From: Candidatus Methylomirabilia bacterium
GTDB taxonomy: Bacteria; Methylomirabilota; Methylomirabilia; Rokubacteriales; CSP1-6
Direction of reading: 5' to 3'
Assembly (NCBI GenBank): GCA_041492755.1
Contig: JBGPXN010000021.1
Location: 1-41,257 of the forward strand
Length of the DNA: 41,257 bases
How positions within the stretch are numbered: the first letter of the stretch is position 1; every line of letters starts with the position of its first letter. The notes below the pieces were generated by a model. It had not been told where the DNA came from. It ran no database searches and saw only the letters and a program-made list of their open reading frames with translations. Shown in pieces: positions 1 through 9,418 of the stretch. A program made the translations under genes and the position numbers.

Positions 1-200
1 CTCTTCGCGCGTCGCGTCCTCTGAGTCACATCGCTCCCCTCGGTGGAGCCATAACCGCAAACTGGTTGGTGGCCCTCGCGATCCATAACTTGTCTACTTC
101 TGTTTGAGGGTGTAGGTGAGGTGTGACTCTGCGCGATGATGACGTACAATTCGAGGCAACCGATAGAAGGAGTCTGACGTCTGAACGACGAGGAGCATAG

Positions 201-1361
201 ATGATCCGGCGAGTGCGCGTGACAAATTTCAAGAGCCTGAACGACGTTGTGCTCGAACCGAGTCAACAGAACGTTTTGGTCGGTCCGAATATGTCAGGTA
301 AGACGAATTTTATTTCTCTCTTCAAGTTCCTGAGATTGATGGTGGCTCCAACGGGCGGGGGACCGGGTCTTCCGCAAGCAATCACCGCCCTCGGCGGCTT
401 TGCTGATTTAGTCTGGCGTGGCGGTGAGTCAAACGTCGTCTCGATCGAGTTAGCGGGCGACTTCTCGCCAACGGAAGCCTGGAACTACAGACTCGAATTT
501 GCTGGCGCGCCGTATGGTGCAATCAATGTCCAAGATGAGACCCTTGTTTTGAGGGGGTCGGGCGGCGAAGTCGAACTGATTCGAAAAAACGAGACTGGAC
601 AGCGAGTCTTGTCAGGCCGGACGCATGGTCAAGTCTCCCAGATTCACGACACGAGCCGCTCTGCATTGGAATACGAGATCCCTGACTGGGAAGGTAATAA
701 GCTGCGGCAGTTGCTGGCGTCGATGAGATTCTACGCACTAATTCCTCAGCGGATCAAAACCGTCAACACGACTGCCATGGCGCCGGCGCTTGACGAGGAC
801 GGAGGAAACCTGTCGGCCTGGCTTTTGTTGCTGCAAACGAGATTTCAGGAGCACTTCAACAAGATCAATCTCGCGGCCAAGGGTGCGTTGCCTGACATCG
901 CCAGCGTCTTCACCTTCCCGACACAACAGTCAACGGTATTCATCGCTTCGAAAGAGAGACATCTGAAGACAGCAGTACCTCTGTGGCAGATGTCGGATGG
1001 CGAGCTTTGCTTTATTGCTTTGTTGTCTCTGATCTTCGCTCCTCCCGAGTTGACGGCGCTGACGTATTTCATCGAGGAGCCAGAGAATCACCTTCATCCG
1101 CAGCTGATTGATGTCCTGACGGGATTGTTGGAGCAAGCAAGGGTGGCCGCGCCGCCAGACCCGGCGCAGCTCTTCATAACGACCCACTCCTTGGAGGTGG
1201 TTGATAGGTCGAGGCTTGAGGATCTGATCGTGTTTGAAAAGAGAAACGGCGCGACAGTGTGCACGCGTCCTGTTGAAAAACAGCATCTTCACGAATTGCT
1301 CTCTCGCAGAGAACTGGGTTTGGGAAGCCTCTACTATTCCGGAGCACTCGGGCGCGACTAG
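201..1361 (+). CDS. AAA/ABC-type ATPase (AAA_21/AbiEii-like), putative defence or TA system ATPase
   Basis: NFKSL N-terminal motif, Walker A GPNMSGKT, signature MSDGE, Walker B FIEEPENHLHP, H-loop ITTHS; AGGAG RBS just upstream; AT-richer than flanks. Confidence 0.85.
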   Translation: MIRRVRVTNFKSLNDVVLEPSQQNVLVGPNMSGKTNFISLFKFLRLMVAPTGGGPGLPQAITALGGFADLVWRGGESNVVSIELAGDFSPTEAWNYRLEFAGAPYGAINVQDETLVLRGSGGEVELIRKNETGQRVLSGRTHGQVSQIHDTSRSALEYEIPDWEGNKLRQLLASMRFYALIPQRIKTVNTTAMAPALDEDGGNLSAWLLLLQTRFQEHFNKINLAAKGALPDIASVFTFPTQQSTVFIASKERHLKTAVPLWQMSDGELCFIALLSLIFAPPELTALTYFIEEPENHLHPQLIDVLTGLLEQARVAAPPDPAQLFITTHSLEVVDRSRLEDLIVFEKRNGATVCTRPVEKQHLHELLSRRELGLGSLYYSGALGRD

Positions 1362-1926
1362 TGCGCATAGGCGTAATAGCAGAGGGGCCAACCGATGTCC
1401 CGGTCTTCGAGGGGGTCGTCGTTAGGCCGGGTCGGGGGAAACCGAGCTTTCTACTGTAAGTGTCTTCCCTCCTTTGCTCTGGACGTTTGAGTATGTTGAG
1501 CCGGGGGGACGCCCTGAGAAGGCGATCGTCATCCGAGATGCCAATGGTGATGACCCGGCCGCGGTGGAGGGCACCCTGGCAAAAGCCCTAACGGGCAGAC
1601 GTGTGCCGCCTTTTCACGCCGGAGTAAGATTTCATGCCACACGTCGCGAGACCGAAACATCGCTCCTGGCCGACGTGGGGGCAATCAATCGAGTCGCCGC
1701 AAGATACGGAGGCGGTGCTGTCGCCGCAATCCCAGGACCGCTTGAAGACATAGTGGATGCCAAGGAGCAGTTCATCAGGCTCTTAGCAAACGCCGGTCTC
1801 CCAAACGTTCCAGAGATCGTGCGAGAGGTCACGCGCGAGGTTGCCCTAGCAGTGCTGCGGCTTCATAGTAGATTGAGACGCTACCGCGCTTCCGCCTTGG
1901 TGGACGCTAGCGGGAACGCGTGCTAA
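1361..1926 (+). pseudogene. DUF4276/Toprim-like partner protein, frameshifted
   Basis: GTG at 1361 overlaps the ATPase TAG and reads MRIGVIAEGPTD (Toprim E-G-x-T-D motif) but stops at TAA 1457-1459; a different frame continues with AIVIRDANGD and RETETSLLAD (compare ETWLLAD) to 1926. Confidence 0.6.
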
Positions 1927-1929
1927 GTT
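1921..1929 (+). promoter_or_regulatory. Possible extended -10 promoter for the liv-like operon
   Basis: TGcTAAGTT (TGn-TAnnnT) upstream of a GGGAGG RBS and ATG 1985. Confidence 0.35.
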
Positions 1930-1984
1930 ACGGACGCTTTCAGCGGAAACCCGTAGCGGACTCCGTCGGTCCGGGAGGTCGTCG

Positions 1985-3310
1985 ATGAGATCACTACGAA
2001 TCGTGCTGGCGTTGCTGCTCATCGGAGCCGTGGCGGTCGTGACGGTCCCGCGGCCGGATGCCGATGCGCAGGGCCAGACCATCAAGATCGGGTTGCTGTA
2101 CGATCACAGCGGTCCGTTCTCCGCGGCCGGCTCGCTGAACTGCTACCGCGGCGCCAAGATGATCATCGATTACGTCAACGAGAAGGGCGGCGTCCTCGGC
2201 AAGTACAAGGTCCAGCAGATCGACGGCGACAGCCAGTCCAAGACCGAAGCCGCCATCAACGAGACGGAGCGGCTGCTCAACGTCGAGAAGGTCGACATCC
2301 TGGCCGGCATCTACTCGAGCGCGCACGGCGTTCCTCTCGCGGAAAAAGTGGACCGGCAGAAGCGCTTCCTCTGGATCACCACGGCCATCGCCGACGCGGT
2401 GCTCAAGGACCGCAACCTCCAGTACACGTTCCGGCCGCAGCCCAACGGCAGCCTGTTCGGGGAGGCCACCGTGCAGTACGTGGCCGCGAACGCCCAGGGC
2501 AAGCTCAAGAAGGCGGTCAAGGACGTGCGGGCCGCCATCATCTACGAGGATGGTCCGTACGGCACCGGGGTCGCCGCCTCCAACGAGTCGGAGGCCAAGA
2601 AGCACGGCATGCAGATCGTGCTGAAGGAAGGCTTCTCCGCGCAGGCGCCGGACCTCAGCTCGCTGGTGACGAAGCTCCGCGCCGCGCGGCCGGACGTGAT
2701 TTTCCACACCGGCTACAACCCCGACATCGCGCTGTTCCTGCGCCAGGCCAAGGAGCAGGGCCTGCGCACCAAGATCTACGTCGGGCACGGCGCCGGCCAC
2801 AGCCAGCTCGCCAAGCTCAAGGAAGCGTTCGGCAACGACGTCGAGGGCTTTCACACCGCCGATCCGCCGGCGTCGCAGCTCATCGACGCCAAGAAGCTCA
2901 AGGCCGGGTTGCCCGAGTTGACGCAGGAAATGCTCAAGCGCTACAAGACGTTCGAGCCGAACATCCCGGCCGGCCAGGTCGCGCCCCACGTGTCGATGGG
3001 CTTCAACAACATGTGGATCCTCCTCAACGACGTGCTGCCGCGCGCGATCCAGAAGCACGGCGGCTTCTCCGCCGAGGCGCTGGCCAAGGCCGCGCGCGAG
3101 ACCGATATTCCCGAAGGCGGGACGATGCAGGGCTACGGCGTGAAGTTCCACCCGCCGGGCCACCCGATGGCCGGACAGAACATGCGCGCGATCGCCGCCG
3201 TCTTCCAGATCGTCGACGGCGATTTCAAGCACGTCTATCCGCCCGCCGTCGCCAGCATGGCGCAGCCGCCCGTCCTGCTGCCGAACGCGTCCCCGTTCCT
3301 GTCGCGTTGA
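1985..3310 (+). CDS. Branched-chain amino acid-type ABC transporter substrate-binding protein (LivK/Peripla_BP_6-like)
   Basis: Signal peptide, IKIGLLYDHSGP start, YEDGPYG and SSLVTKLRAARPD motifs; heads a liv-type operon. Confidence 0.9.
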   Translation: MRSLRIVLALLLIGAVAVVTVPRPDADAQGQTIKIGLLYDHSGPFSAAGSLNCYRGAKMIIDYVNEKGGVLGKYKVQQIDGDSQSKTEAAINETERLLNVEKVDILAGIYSSAHGVPLAEKVDRQKRFLWITTAIADAVLKDRNLQYTFRPQPNGSLFGEATVQYVAANAQGKLKKAVKDVRAAIIYEDGPYGTGVAASNESEAKKHGMQIVLKEGFSAQAPDLSSLVTKLRAARPDVIFHTGYNPDIALFLRQAKEQGLRTKIYVGHGAGHSQLAKLKEAFGNDVEGFHTADPPASQLIDAKKLKAGLPELTQEMLKRYKTFEPNIPAGQVAPHVSMGFNNMWILLNDVLPRAIQKHGGFSAEALAKAARETDIPEGGTMQGYGVKFHPPGHPMAGQNMRAIAAVFQIVDGDFKHVYPPAVASMAQPPVLLPNASPFLSR

Positions 3311-3311
3311 C

Positions 3312-3416
3312 CGAGCATTCTACGACGAGCTGAAGCGACAGTTCACCGACGACGAGCTGCTCGATCTCGGCATGGTCGTCACCTTCTTCAGCGGCTGGCA
3401 GCGGTCTCCATGCTGA
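3312..3416 (+). pseudogene. C-terminal fragment of a carboxymuconolactone decarboxylase/AhpD-like protein
   Basis: Intergenic DNA reads AFYDELKRQFTDDELLDLGMVVTFFSGWQR with host-like codons and no start codon. Confidence 0.5.
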
Positions 3417-4141
3417 CGATCAACAACCTCACCAAACGGTTCGGTGGCTTCACCGCCCTCAACGACGTCTCTTTCGAGGTGAAGGAGGGCGAGATCCTCG
3501 GGCTCATCGGACCGAACGGATCGGGCAAGACCACGTGCTTCAACTGTATCTCGGGCACGCTGGTACCGACCGGGGGCAGCATCCGCTTCCGCAACGAGAA
3601 CACCGCGGGCCTGACGCCCGACATGGTCTGCCACCTCGGCGTCGCCCGGACGTTTCAGATTCCGCGCCCGTTCCGGAAGCTCTCCATCCTCGAGAACGTG
3701 GCCGTCGCCGCCCACTACGGCGCGCGCGAGCGATCGAGCGAGCACGAAGCGCGCGTCCGGGCGCGTGAGGTGCTCGACCTCGTCGGGCTGGCGACCGACC
3801 CCGACGCCTTGCCGACGCTGCTGGGGGCCGGTGGGCTGAAGAAGCTCGAGCTGGCGCGGGCGCTCGCGACCGGCCCCAAGCTGCTGCTCGCCGACGAAAG
3901 TCTCGGTGGCCTCGACCCCGCGGAGATGGCCAGCGCCGCCGACATGCTGCGACGGGTCCGGGGCGAGCTCGGTATCACGATCGTCTGGGTCGAGCACATC
4001 ATGGCGACCCTGATGCGCGTCGTCGACCGCGTGGTGGTGCTCGATCACGGTGAAAAGATCGCCGAGGGTACGCCCGCGGAAATCGCCGACGATCCGACAG
4101 TCATCGAGGCGTACCTCGGCGAGAAGATCGTCCTGACATGA
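3410..4141 (+). CDS. livG: ABC transporter ATP-binding protein, LivG-type
   Basis: GPNGSGKT, ARTFQIPRPF, LLLADE, VEH, AYLG C-terminus. Confidence 0.9.
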   Translation: MLTINNLTKRFGGFTALNDVSFEVKEGEILGLIGPNGSGKTTCFNCISGTLVPTGGSIRFRNENTAGLTPDMVCHLGVARTFQIPRPFRKLSILENVAVAAHYGARERSSEHEARVRAREVLDLVGLATDPDALPTLLGAGGLKKLELARALATGPKLLLADESLGGLDPAEMASAADMLRRVRGELGITIVWVEHIMATLMRVVDRVVVLDHGEKIAEGTPAEIADDPTVIEAYLGEKIVLT

Positions 4142-4848
4142 GCATGCTGGACCTGCGTGGGATCACCGCGGGCTACGGGCACTTCACTGCGCTCTGGGAC
4201 GTGAGCCTGAAGGTGGACGCGGGCGAGGCCGTCGCCGTGGTGGGGCCGAACGGCGCGGGAAAGACGACGCTGCTCCGCGTGATCTCAGGCGTCATCCCGC
4301 CGCGCAGCGGCGAGCTCGTGTTCGAGGGGACGGCGCTCGCTGGCCGGCCCGCCCACGAGGTCGTCGCCCACGGCATCGCCCACGTCCCCGAAGGGCGCCG
4401 GCTCTTCCCGGCGCTGACCGTGGCCGACAACCTCAAGATGGGCGCGTTCCTGCCGGCCGCGCGCGCGTCTTTCCGCCAGAGCCGGGAGCGCGTGTTCACG
4501 CTGTTCCCCGTGCTGGCCGAGCGCCAACACCAGCGGGCGGGTAGCCTCTCCGGCGGCGAGCAGCAGATGCTCGCGGTCGGCCGCGCGCTCATGTCGCGGC
4601 CCAAGCTCATCCTCTTCGACGAGCCCTCGATGGGCCTGGCCCCGGTGATGGTCCTCCGGCTCTTCGACCTCATCCGCCGCGTCCGCGAGGAGGGCTATAC
4701 CATCCTGGTCGTCGAGCAGAACGTGCGCCAGGTCCTGAAGCTGGTGGACCGGGCCTACCTGCTCGAGGTCGGCCGGATCAGCATGGAAGGCCGCGCCGAC
4801 GAGCTGGCCGAGCAGGACTTCGTGCGCAAGGCGTACGTGGGCCTGTGA
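4138..4848 (+). CDS. livF: ABC transporter ATP-binding protein, LivF-type
   Basis: GPNGAGKT, HVPEGRRLF, LSGGEQQM, DEPSMGLAP, VEQN; ATGA overlap. Confidence 0.92.
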   Translation: MSMLDLRGITAGYGHFTALWDVSLKVDAGEAVAVVGPNGAGKTTLLRVISGVIPPRSGELVFEGTALAGRPAHEVVAHGIAHVPEGRRLFPALTVADNLKMGAFLPAARASFRQSRERVFTLFPVLAERQHQRAGSLSGGEQQMLAVGRALMSRPKLILFDEPSMGLAPVMVLRLFDLIRRVREEGYTILVVEQNVRQVLKLVDRAYLLEVGRISMEGRADELAEQDFVRKAYVGL

Positions 4849-5735
4849 GCAGCCTGCTCGACCTCGTCGTCAACAATCCGCTGCTGCTGGCGGAAGCGGC
4901 GCTGAACGGGTTGCTGCTCGGCGGCGTGCTCGCGCTCCTCGCGCTCGGCCTCAACCTCATCTTCGGCGTGCTCGACATCGTCTGGATCGTCTACGTCGAT
5001 CTCGTGATGCTCTGCATGTACCTCGTGTACTTCCTGGTGCAGGTCTACGGCTGGCCGCTCCTACTCGGCGCGCTCGCCGGCGTGGGGCTCGGCAGCGTGC
5101 TCGGCATCGCGGTGCACCTGCTCATCATCACGCCCATCCTCAACAGCCCGCCCGTCAACCAGCTCCTGGCCACCGGCGGGCTGCTGTTCTTCGTCCAGTC
5201 GCTGGCGACGTTCCTGTGGACGACCGATCACCGCTCGATCCGTCTCACCCTGCCCACCATCGAGTTCGCCGGCATGTTCGTCTCCTTCTCGCGCCTGATC
5301 GCCTTCGTGCTCGCCGTGCTGGTGATGATCGGGCTCTACGTGTTCCTGACCCGCACCTACATCGGCACCGCGATCCGTGCCGTCTCCCAGGACCGGGGCG
5401 CCATGGCGCTGATGGGAGCGAATCCGCAGCGCATCTACGTCGTCACCTCCGCCGTGGGCGGCGCGCTGGCCGGCGTGGCCGCGGCGCTCCTGATCATCCA
5501 GTACTCCGTGCATCCGCACTTCGGCGCCGCCTTCGGCCCCATCACCTTCATGATCTGCGTGCTGGGCGGCCTCGGGAACATGGTGGGCGCGTTCATCGCG
5601 TCGTTCATCCTGAGCGAGATCATCTCGATCGGCGGCGTGGCGTGGTCGACCGAGATGGGCTACGTCATCGCGTTCGCGCTGTTCATCGTGCTGATGTTCA
5701 TCCGCCCCGGCGGCATCCTGGCCAAGCGGCAATGA
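4845..5735 (+). CDS. livH: ABC transporter permease, LivH-type
   Basis: ALGLNLIFGV, GTAIRAVSQD, VLGGLG motifs; multiple TM helices; GTGA overlap. Confidence 0.9.
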   Translation: MSSLLDLVVNNPLLLAEAALNGLLLGGVLALLALGLNLIFGVLDIVWIVYVDLVMLCMYLVYFLVQVYGWPLLLGALAGVGLGSVLGIAVHLLIITPILNSPPVNQLLATGGLLFFVQSLATFLWTTDHRSIRLTLPTIEFAGMFVSFSRLIAFVLAVLVMIGLYVFLTRTYIGTAIRAVSQDRGAMALMGANPQRIYVVTSAVGGALAGVAAALLIIQYSVHPHFGAAFGPITFMICVLGGLGNMVGAFIASFILSEIISIGGVAWSTEMGYVIAFALFIVLMFIRPGGILAKRQ

Positions 5736-6730
5736 GCGGCGCGCGCGCCCTCGCCCTCGTGCTCCTCGCCCTGCTCGCCGTCCTGCCCTTCGCGCCCATC
5801 GGCATCATGCGGGAGTACGTGGTGTTCGTGATGGTGCAGATCTTCATCTGGTCGTTCATCGGCCAGGCGTGGTCGCTGATGGGACGCTTCGGCCTGGTCT
5901 CGCTCGGCCATGGCGCCTTCCTGGGCGTCGGCGCCTACACCAGCACGCTCCTGTGGAACTTCTACGGGCTCACTCCCTGGGTCGGCGTCCTCGGCGCGAT
6001 GGTGGCCGCCGTGGCCTTCGCCCTCGTCGTCGCCTATCCGTGCTCGCGCTTCGGGATCATCGGCCACTACTTCGGCCTCGTGACGCTCGCCGTCGGCGAA
6101 GTCGTCCGGCTGCTGCTGATCGCCGAGCGCGACTGGACCGGCGGCTCGCTGGGACTGACGCTGAAGCCGGCGGGGACGGACGCGAGCCTGCTCGCCATCC
6201 AGTACGCGGACAAGCGCGTCTTCTACTACGCGTCGCTGGTGGTGTGGCTGGGCGGCTTGTGGGTCTGGCGACGGCTCGACCGCTCCATGGTGCGGGCCGC
6301 GATGGAGGCGATCGGCGAGGACGAGACGGCGGCCGCGTCCGTGGGTATCCACGTCACGCGCTTCAAGCTCGCGATCACCGCGCTGTCGGCGGCGCTGACC
6401 GCCGTCGGCGGCGTTCTGTACGCGCAGTACATCACCTACGTCAATCCGGAAACGCTCGCCGGGGTAGGCGTGTCGCTGCGCATCGTCTTCGCCGTCGTCC
6501 TGGGCGGCATGTACTCGCTCCTCGGCCCCAGCGTCGGCACCGCGCTCACCATCGCGCTGTCGGAGTACCTGCGCGTGGTCTTCGGCGTGAAGCTCATCGG
6601 CATGGCCGAGACGATCTACGGCTTGCTCCTGGTGCTGTTCATCATCTTCCTCCCCGCCGGCATCTACGGGAGCGGGCGCGAGCTCCTGCGGCGGTGGCGC
6701 CCCGCGCCCGTCCGCGCGGCGGCGGCCTGA
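5732..6730 (+). CDS. livM: ABC transporter permease, LivM-type
   Basis: ATG 5732 overlaps the livH stop; GLVSLGHGAF, AIGEDETAAASVG, LPAGI motifs. Confidence 0.88.
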   Translation: MSGARALALVLLALLAVLPFAPIGIMREYVVFVMVQIFIWSFIGQAWSLMGRFGLVSLGHGAFLGVGAYTSTLLWNFYGLTPWVGVLGAMVAAVAFALVVAYPCSRFGIIGHYFGLVTLAVGEVVRLLLIAERDWTGGSLGLTLKPAGTDASLLAIQYADKRVFYYASLVVWLGGLWVWRRLDRSMVRAAMEAIGEDETAAASVGIHVTRFKLAITALSAALTAVGGVLYAQYITYVNPETLAGVGVSLRIVFAVVLGGMYSLLGPSVGTALTIALSEYLRVVFGVKLIGMAETIYGLLLVLFIIFLPAGIYGSGRELLRRWRPAPVRAAAA

Positions 6731-6738
6731 GGTATCCC

Positions 6739-6957
6739 ATGGCGGAGCGACGCTGGGCCAGCTATCCCGAGAAGGAGCCGCCGGCGGCGGCGGTGGAGCT
6801 GGCCGCGCAGGTGGAGCACGACGGGGGCCACACCCTGGCCCTGTACCAGGATCCCGTGGGCGAGCACTGGCAAAACATCGAGGGGTTCGACGTGAGCAAA
6901 GTACGCTACGAGGACGTCCAGCGCTCGGCCATCATGGCCATCCCGGCCGCCGAATGA
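6739..6957 (+). pseudogene. Internally deleted remnant of a ParB-like nuclease-domain protein
   Basis: 72-aa ORF joins N-terminal-like VEHDGGHTLALYQDPVGEHWQ directly to C-terminal-like FDVSKVRYEDV; the ParB core is absent (family recalled, not searched). Confidence 0.5.
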
Positions 6958-7655
6958 CGCTCACCGGCCGCGTCGCCATCGTGACCGGCGGCACCGGCGC
7001 TCTTGGCCAGGCCGTCACCCTCCGACTGCTCGCGGAGGGCGCGCACGTCTGGGTGCCCTACGTCGTCGACGCCGAGCGAACGCACCTCGCGGGCCGCGTG
7101 CCGGCGGCGCCAGCCGAGCGGCTCACGCTCGTCCCGGCCGACGTCACGGACACCGCGGCCATGACGGGGCTCGCCGAGGCCGTGCTCGCCAAGCACCATC
7201 GGATCGACGTGCTGGTGGCCGGCGTGGGCGGCTTCGCGGGCGGCGGGCTCGTGGAGACGGACCGCGACACCTGGGATCGGATGCTCGCGATGAATCTCAC
7301 CAGCCTTTTCGTGGCCGCGCGCGCCATCGTCCCCGCCATGCTGAGCGGCCGGCACGGGCGCGTGATCGCGATCGCGTCCCGCGCCGTGCTGCCGCCGGCC
7401 GGCGGCTTCATCGCCTACACCGTGGCCAAGGCGGGCGTGGTCGCCTTCGTGCAAGCGCTCGCCCGCGAGGTGGCGGGCACGGGCGTCACCGCCAACGCCG
7501 TCGCGCCCAGCACGATGGACACGCCGGCCAACCGCGCCGCGATGCCCGACGCCGATCCACGCACGTGGGTCCCCCTCGAGCGCGTCGCGGACGCCATCGC
7601 GTTCCTGGCCCGCGACGAGGCCGCCCACGTCAACGGAACGGTGCTGAGGATTTGA
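6954..7655 (+). CDS. Short-chain dehydrogenase/reductase
   Basis: TGGTGALG Rossmann motif, YTVAK catalytic motif, ANAVAPS. Confidence 0.9.
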   Translation: MTLTGRVAIVTGGTGALGQAVTLRLLAEGAHVWVPYVVDAERTHLAGRVPAAPAERLTLVPADVTDTAAMTGLAEAVLAKHHRIDVLVAGVGGFAGGGLVETDRDTWDRMLAMNLTSLFVAARAIVPAMLSGRHGRVIAIASRAVLPPAGGFIAYTVAKAGVVAFVQALAREVAGTGVTANAVAPSTMDTPANRAAMPDADPRTWVPLERVADAIAFLARDEAAHVNGTVLRI

Positions 7656-7656
7656 G

Positions 7657-7683
7657 GTAAACAGACCCCACCTCCGGCGCGTC
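7657..7683 (+). promoter_or_regulatory. Putative ECF-sigma autoregulatory promoter
   Basis: GTAAAC (7657-7662) - 17 nt - CGTC (7680-7683), matching the AAC/CGTC ECF pattern, directly upstream of the ECF sigma gene. Confidence 0.55.
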
Positions 7684-7725
7684 CAATCGGTAGACGGATC
7701 GCGGTCCGAGGGGGACGATGAATCG

Positions 7726-8286
7726 ATGGAGTCGGACGAGGCGCTGTGCCAGCGGGTCGCGGGTGGCGACGGCGCCGCCTTTGATCTGCTGGTCGAGCGA
7801 TACCAACAGCGCGCCTACCGCCTGGCCTGGTCCATCCTGCGAGACCCCGAGGAAGCGCGCGACCTGTCGCAGGAAGCCTTCGTTCGTGTCTACCAGACCG
7901 CCGGGACCTTTCAGGGGCGGTCGCGGTTTTCGACCTGGTTCTACCGGATCATGCTCAATCTTTGCCTCGACCACCGTCGGCGCAATGGCTGGTGGCGCCG
8001 GGTCTCGACCGTCACCGAGCCCGGAGCCCTGGCCGCCCTCGCCAACGGGCATCGGCCCCTGGCGCCCGAGCCGGGCGAGCGGCTCGACCAGGACCGCCGG
8101 GTGGCCCGGCTCTGGCGCGCCGTGGACGATCTCGCGCCGCAGCAGCGGGCCGCGGTGATCCTGCACGTGCAGGAAGAGCTGCCGACGGCCGAGGTGGCGG
8201 CGGTGCTGAACTGTTCGGAGTCGACCGTGCGGGTGCATCTGCACCGGGCGCTGATCGCCCTGCGCAAGCACATGGGGACCGAGTGA
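7726..8286 (+). CDS. ECF RNA polymerase sigma-70 factor
   Basis: Region 2 EARDLSQEAFVR..FSTWFYRI and region 4 EVAAVLNCSESTVRVHLHRA. Confidence 0.93.
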   Translation: MESDEALCQRVAGGDGAAFDLLVERYQQRAYRLAWSILRDPEEARDLSQEAFVRVYQTAGTFQGRSRFSTWFYRIMLNLCLDHRRRNGWWRRVSTVTEPGALAALANGHRPLAPEPGERLDQDRRVARLWRAVDDLAPQQRAAVILHVQEELPTAEVAAVLNCSESTVRVHLHRALIALRKHMGTE

Positions 8287-8287
8287 G

Positions 8288-8773
8288 ATGAGCGCGCATC
8301 CCGAAGCCGATCTGGTCGCATACGTGGCGGGGGAGCTCACGCCGGCGGCGCGGGCCGCCGTCGAGGCGCACCTCGCCGACTGTGCCGGCTGCCGTCGCGA
8401 AACCGAAGCGCTCGCGGAGACCGTCTCGGCGCTTCGACGATCGCTGCCCACGCCGCCGCCGGTCGCCTGGGGACATTTTCAGGCGGGCGTCCGCGCACGA
8501 CTCGCGAGCGAACGGCCGCGCGCGCGCTGGCGGTTTGCGCCGGTCTCGCTGGCGCTGTCGGGCGCGCTCGCCGCGGGGCTGCTCGTCATGGCGAGCGGGC
8601 TCCCCGAGCGTACCGGGCGGCCGCCCGCAGATCTCGCCACCGTCGAAGAGATGGCCATTGGTGGCCGGCTGGACTTGCTCACCCAGTACCCGGTGGTCGA
8701 GCGCCTCGACCTCTACGAGGACCTCGACGTCATCCGGGGGCTCGACGAGCTCGCGCCCACGCGTGGAGGCTAG
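8288..8773 (+). CDS. Zinc-binding anti-sigma factor (zf-HC2) with TM helix
   Basis: HLADCAGC (HxxxCxxC) followed by one TM helix; adjacent to ECF sigma. Confidence 0.88.
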   Translation: MSAHPEADLVAYVAGELTPAARAAVEAHLADCAGCRRETEALAETVSALRRSLPTPPPVAWGHFQAGVRARLASERPRARWRFAPVSLALSGALAAGLLVMASGLPERTGRPPADLATVEEMAIGGRLDLLTQYPVVERLDLYEDLDVIRGLDELAPTRGG

Positions 8774-8774
8774 G

Positions 8775-9386
8775 ATGCGCTCGCGCGCCGTACTCGCCGC
8801 CCTCGCGGCGGCCACCGTGCTGATGCTCGCCGCGCTCGAGATCGCCTGGGGACAGCCGGCCACCGAGCCAGGCGATCCGCTCTCGGCCGAGGAGCGCGCG
8901 ATGGTCGAGCGAAACGGCGAGCGCTGGCAGAAGCGCTCGCCCGAGCAACAGCAGCGCGGGCTCGAGCGCATGCGGCGGTACCAGGCGATGTCACCCGAGG
9001 AGCGAAACGCCGCGCGCGAAGGCTTCCGGCGCTTCCGGGCGCTGTCGCCCGAGCAGCGCCTGCGCATCCTGCAAGACTTCCAGCGCTGGAGCGAGCTGCC
9101 GGAGCCCCGGCGCAAGGAGCTCCAGGACGCGTACGAGCGCTTCCAGCGTCTGCCCCCGGAACAGCGGGAACGGATCTTCGCGCGGATGCGTCAGTTCGAG
9201 ACGCTCGCGCCCGCGGAGCGCGAGCGCATCACCCGCAACTGGGAGCGCTGGCTGCGCATGAGTCCGGAAGAGCGCCAGCAGGCGCGTGAGCGGCTGCAGC
9301 GCATGACCCCCGAGCAGCGGCGCGAGTTCCACGAGCGCCTGCGCCAGAGTCCGGCGGACCCGCCCGCGGCCACCTCGTCGCGATGA
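8775..9386 (+). CDS. Exported helical repeat protein, DUF3106-like
   Basis: ATG 8775, signal peptide, repeated (W/F)xxLxPEQR motifs; typical third gene of ECF loci. Confidence 0.75.
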   Translation: MRSRAVLAALAAATVLMLAALEIAWGQPATEPGDPLSAEERAMVERNGERWQKRSPEQQQRGLERMRRYQAMSPEERNAAREGFRRFRALSPEQRLRILQDFQRWSELPEPRRKELQDAYERFQRLPPEQRERIFARMRQFETLAPAERERITRNWERWLRMSPEERQQARERLQRMTPEQRREFHERLRQSPADPPAATSSR

Positions 9387-9418
9387 CGTCGTCCCGGCGC
9401 TCCGACGCGCCGGAAGAG

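Noticed and set aside
8880..9350. Repeats in the DUF3106-like gene as a DNA repeat element
   Set aside because: Periodicity is at the protein level with divergent codons, as expected for this family
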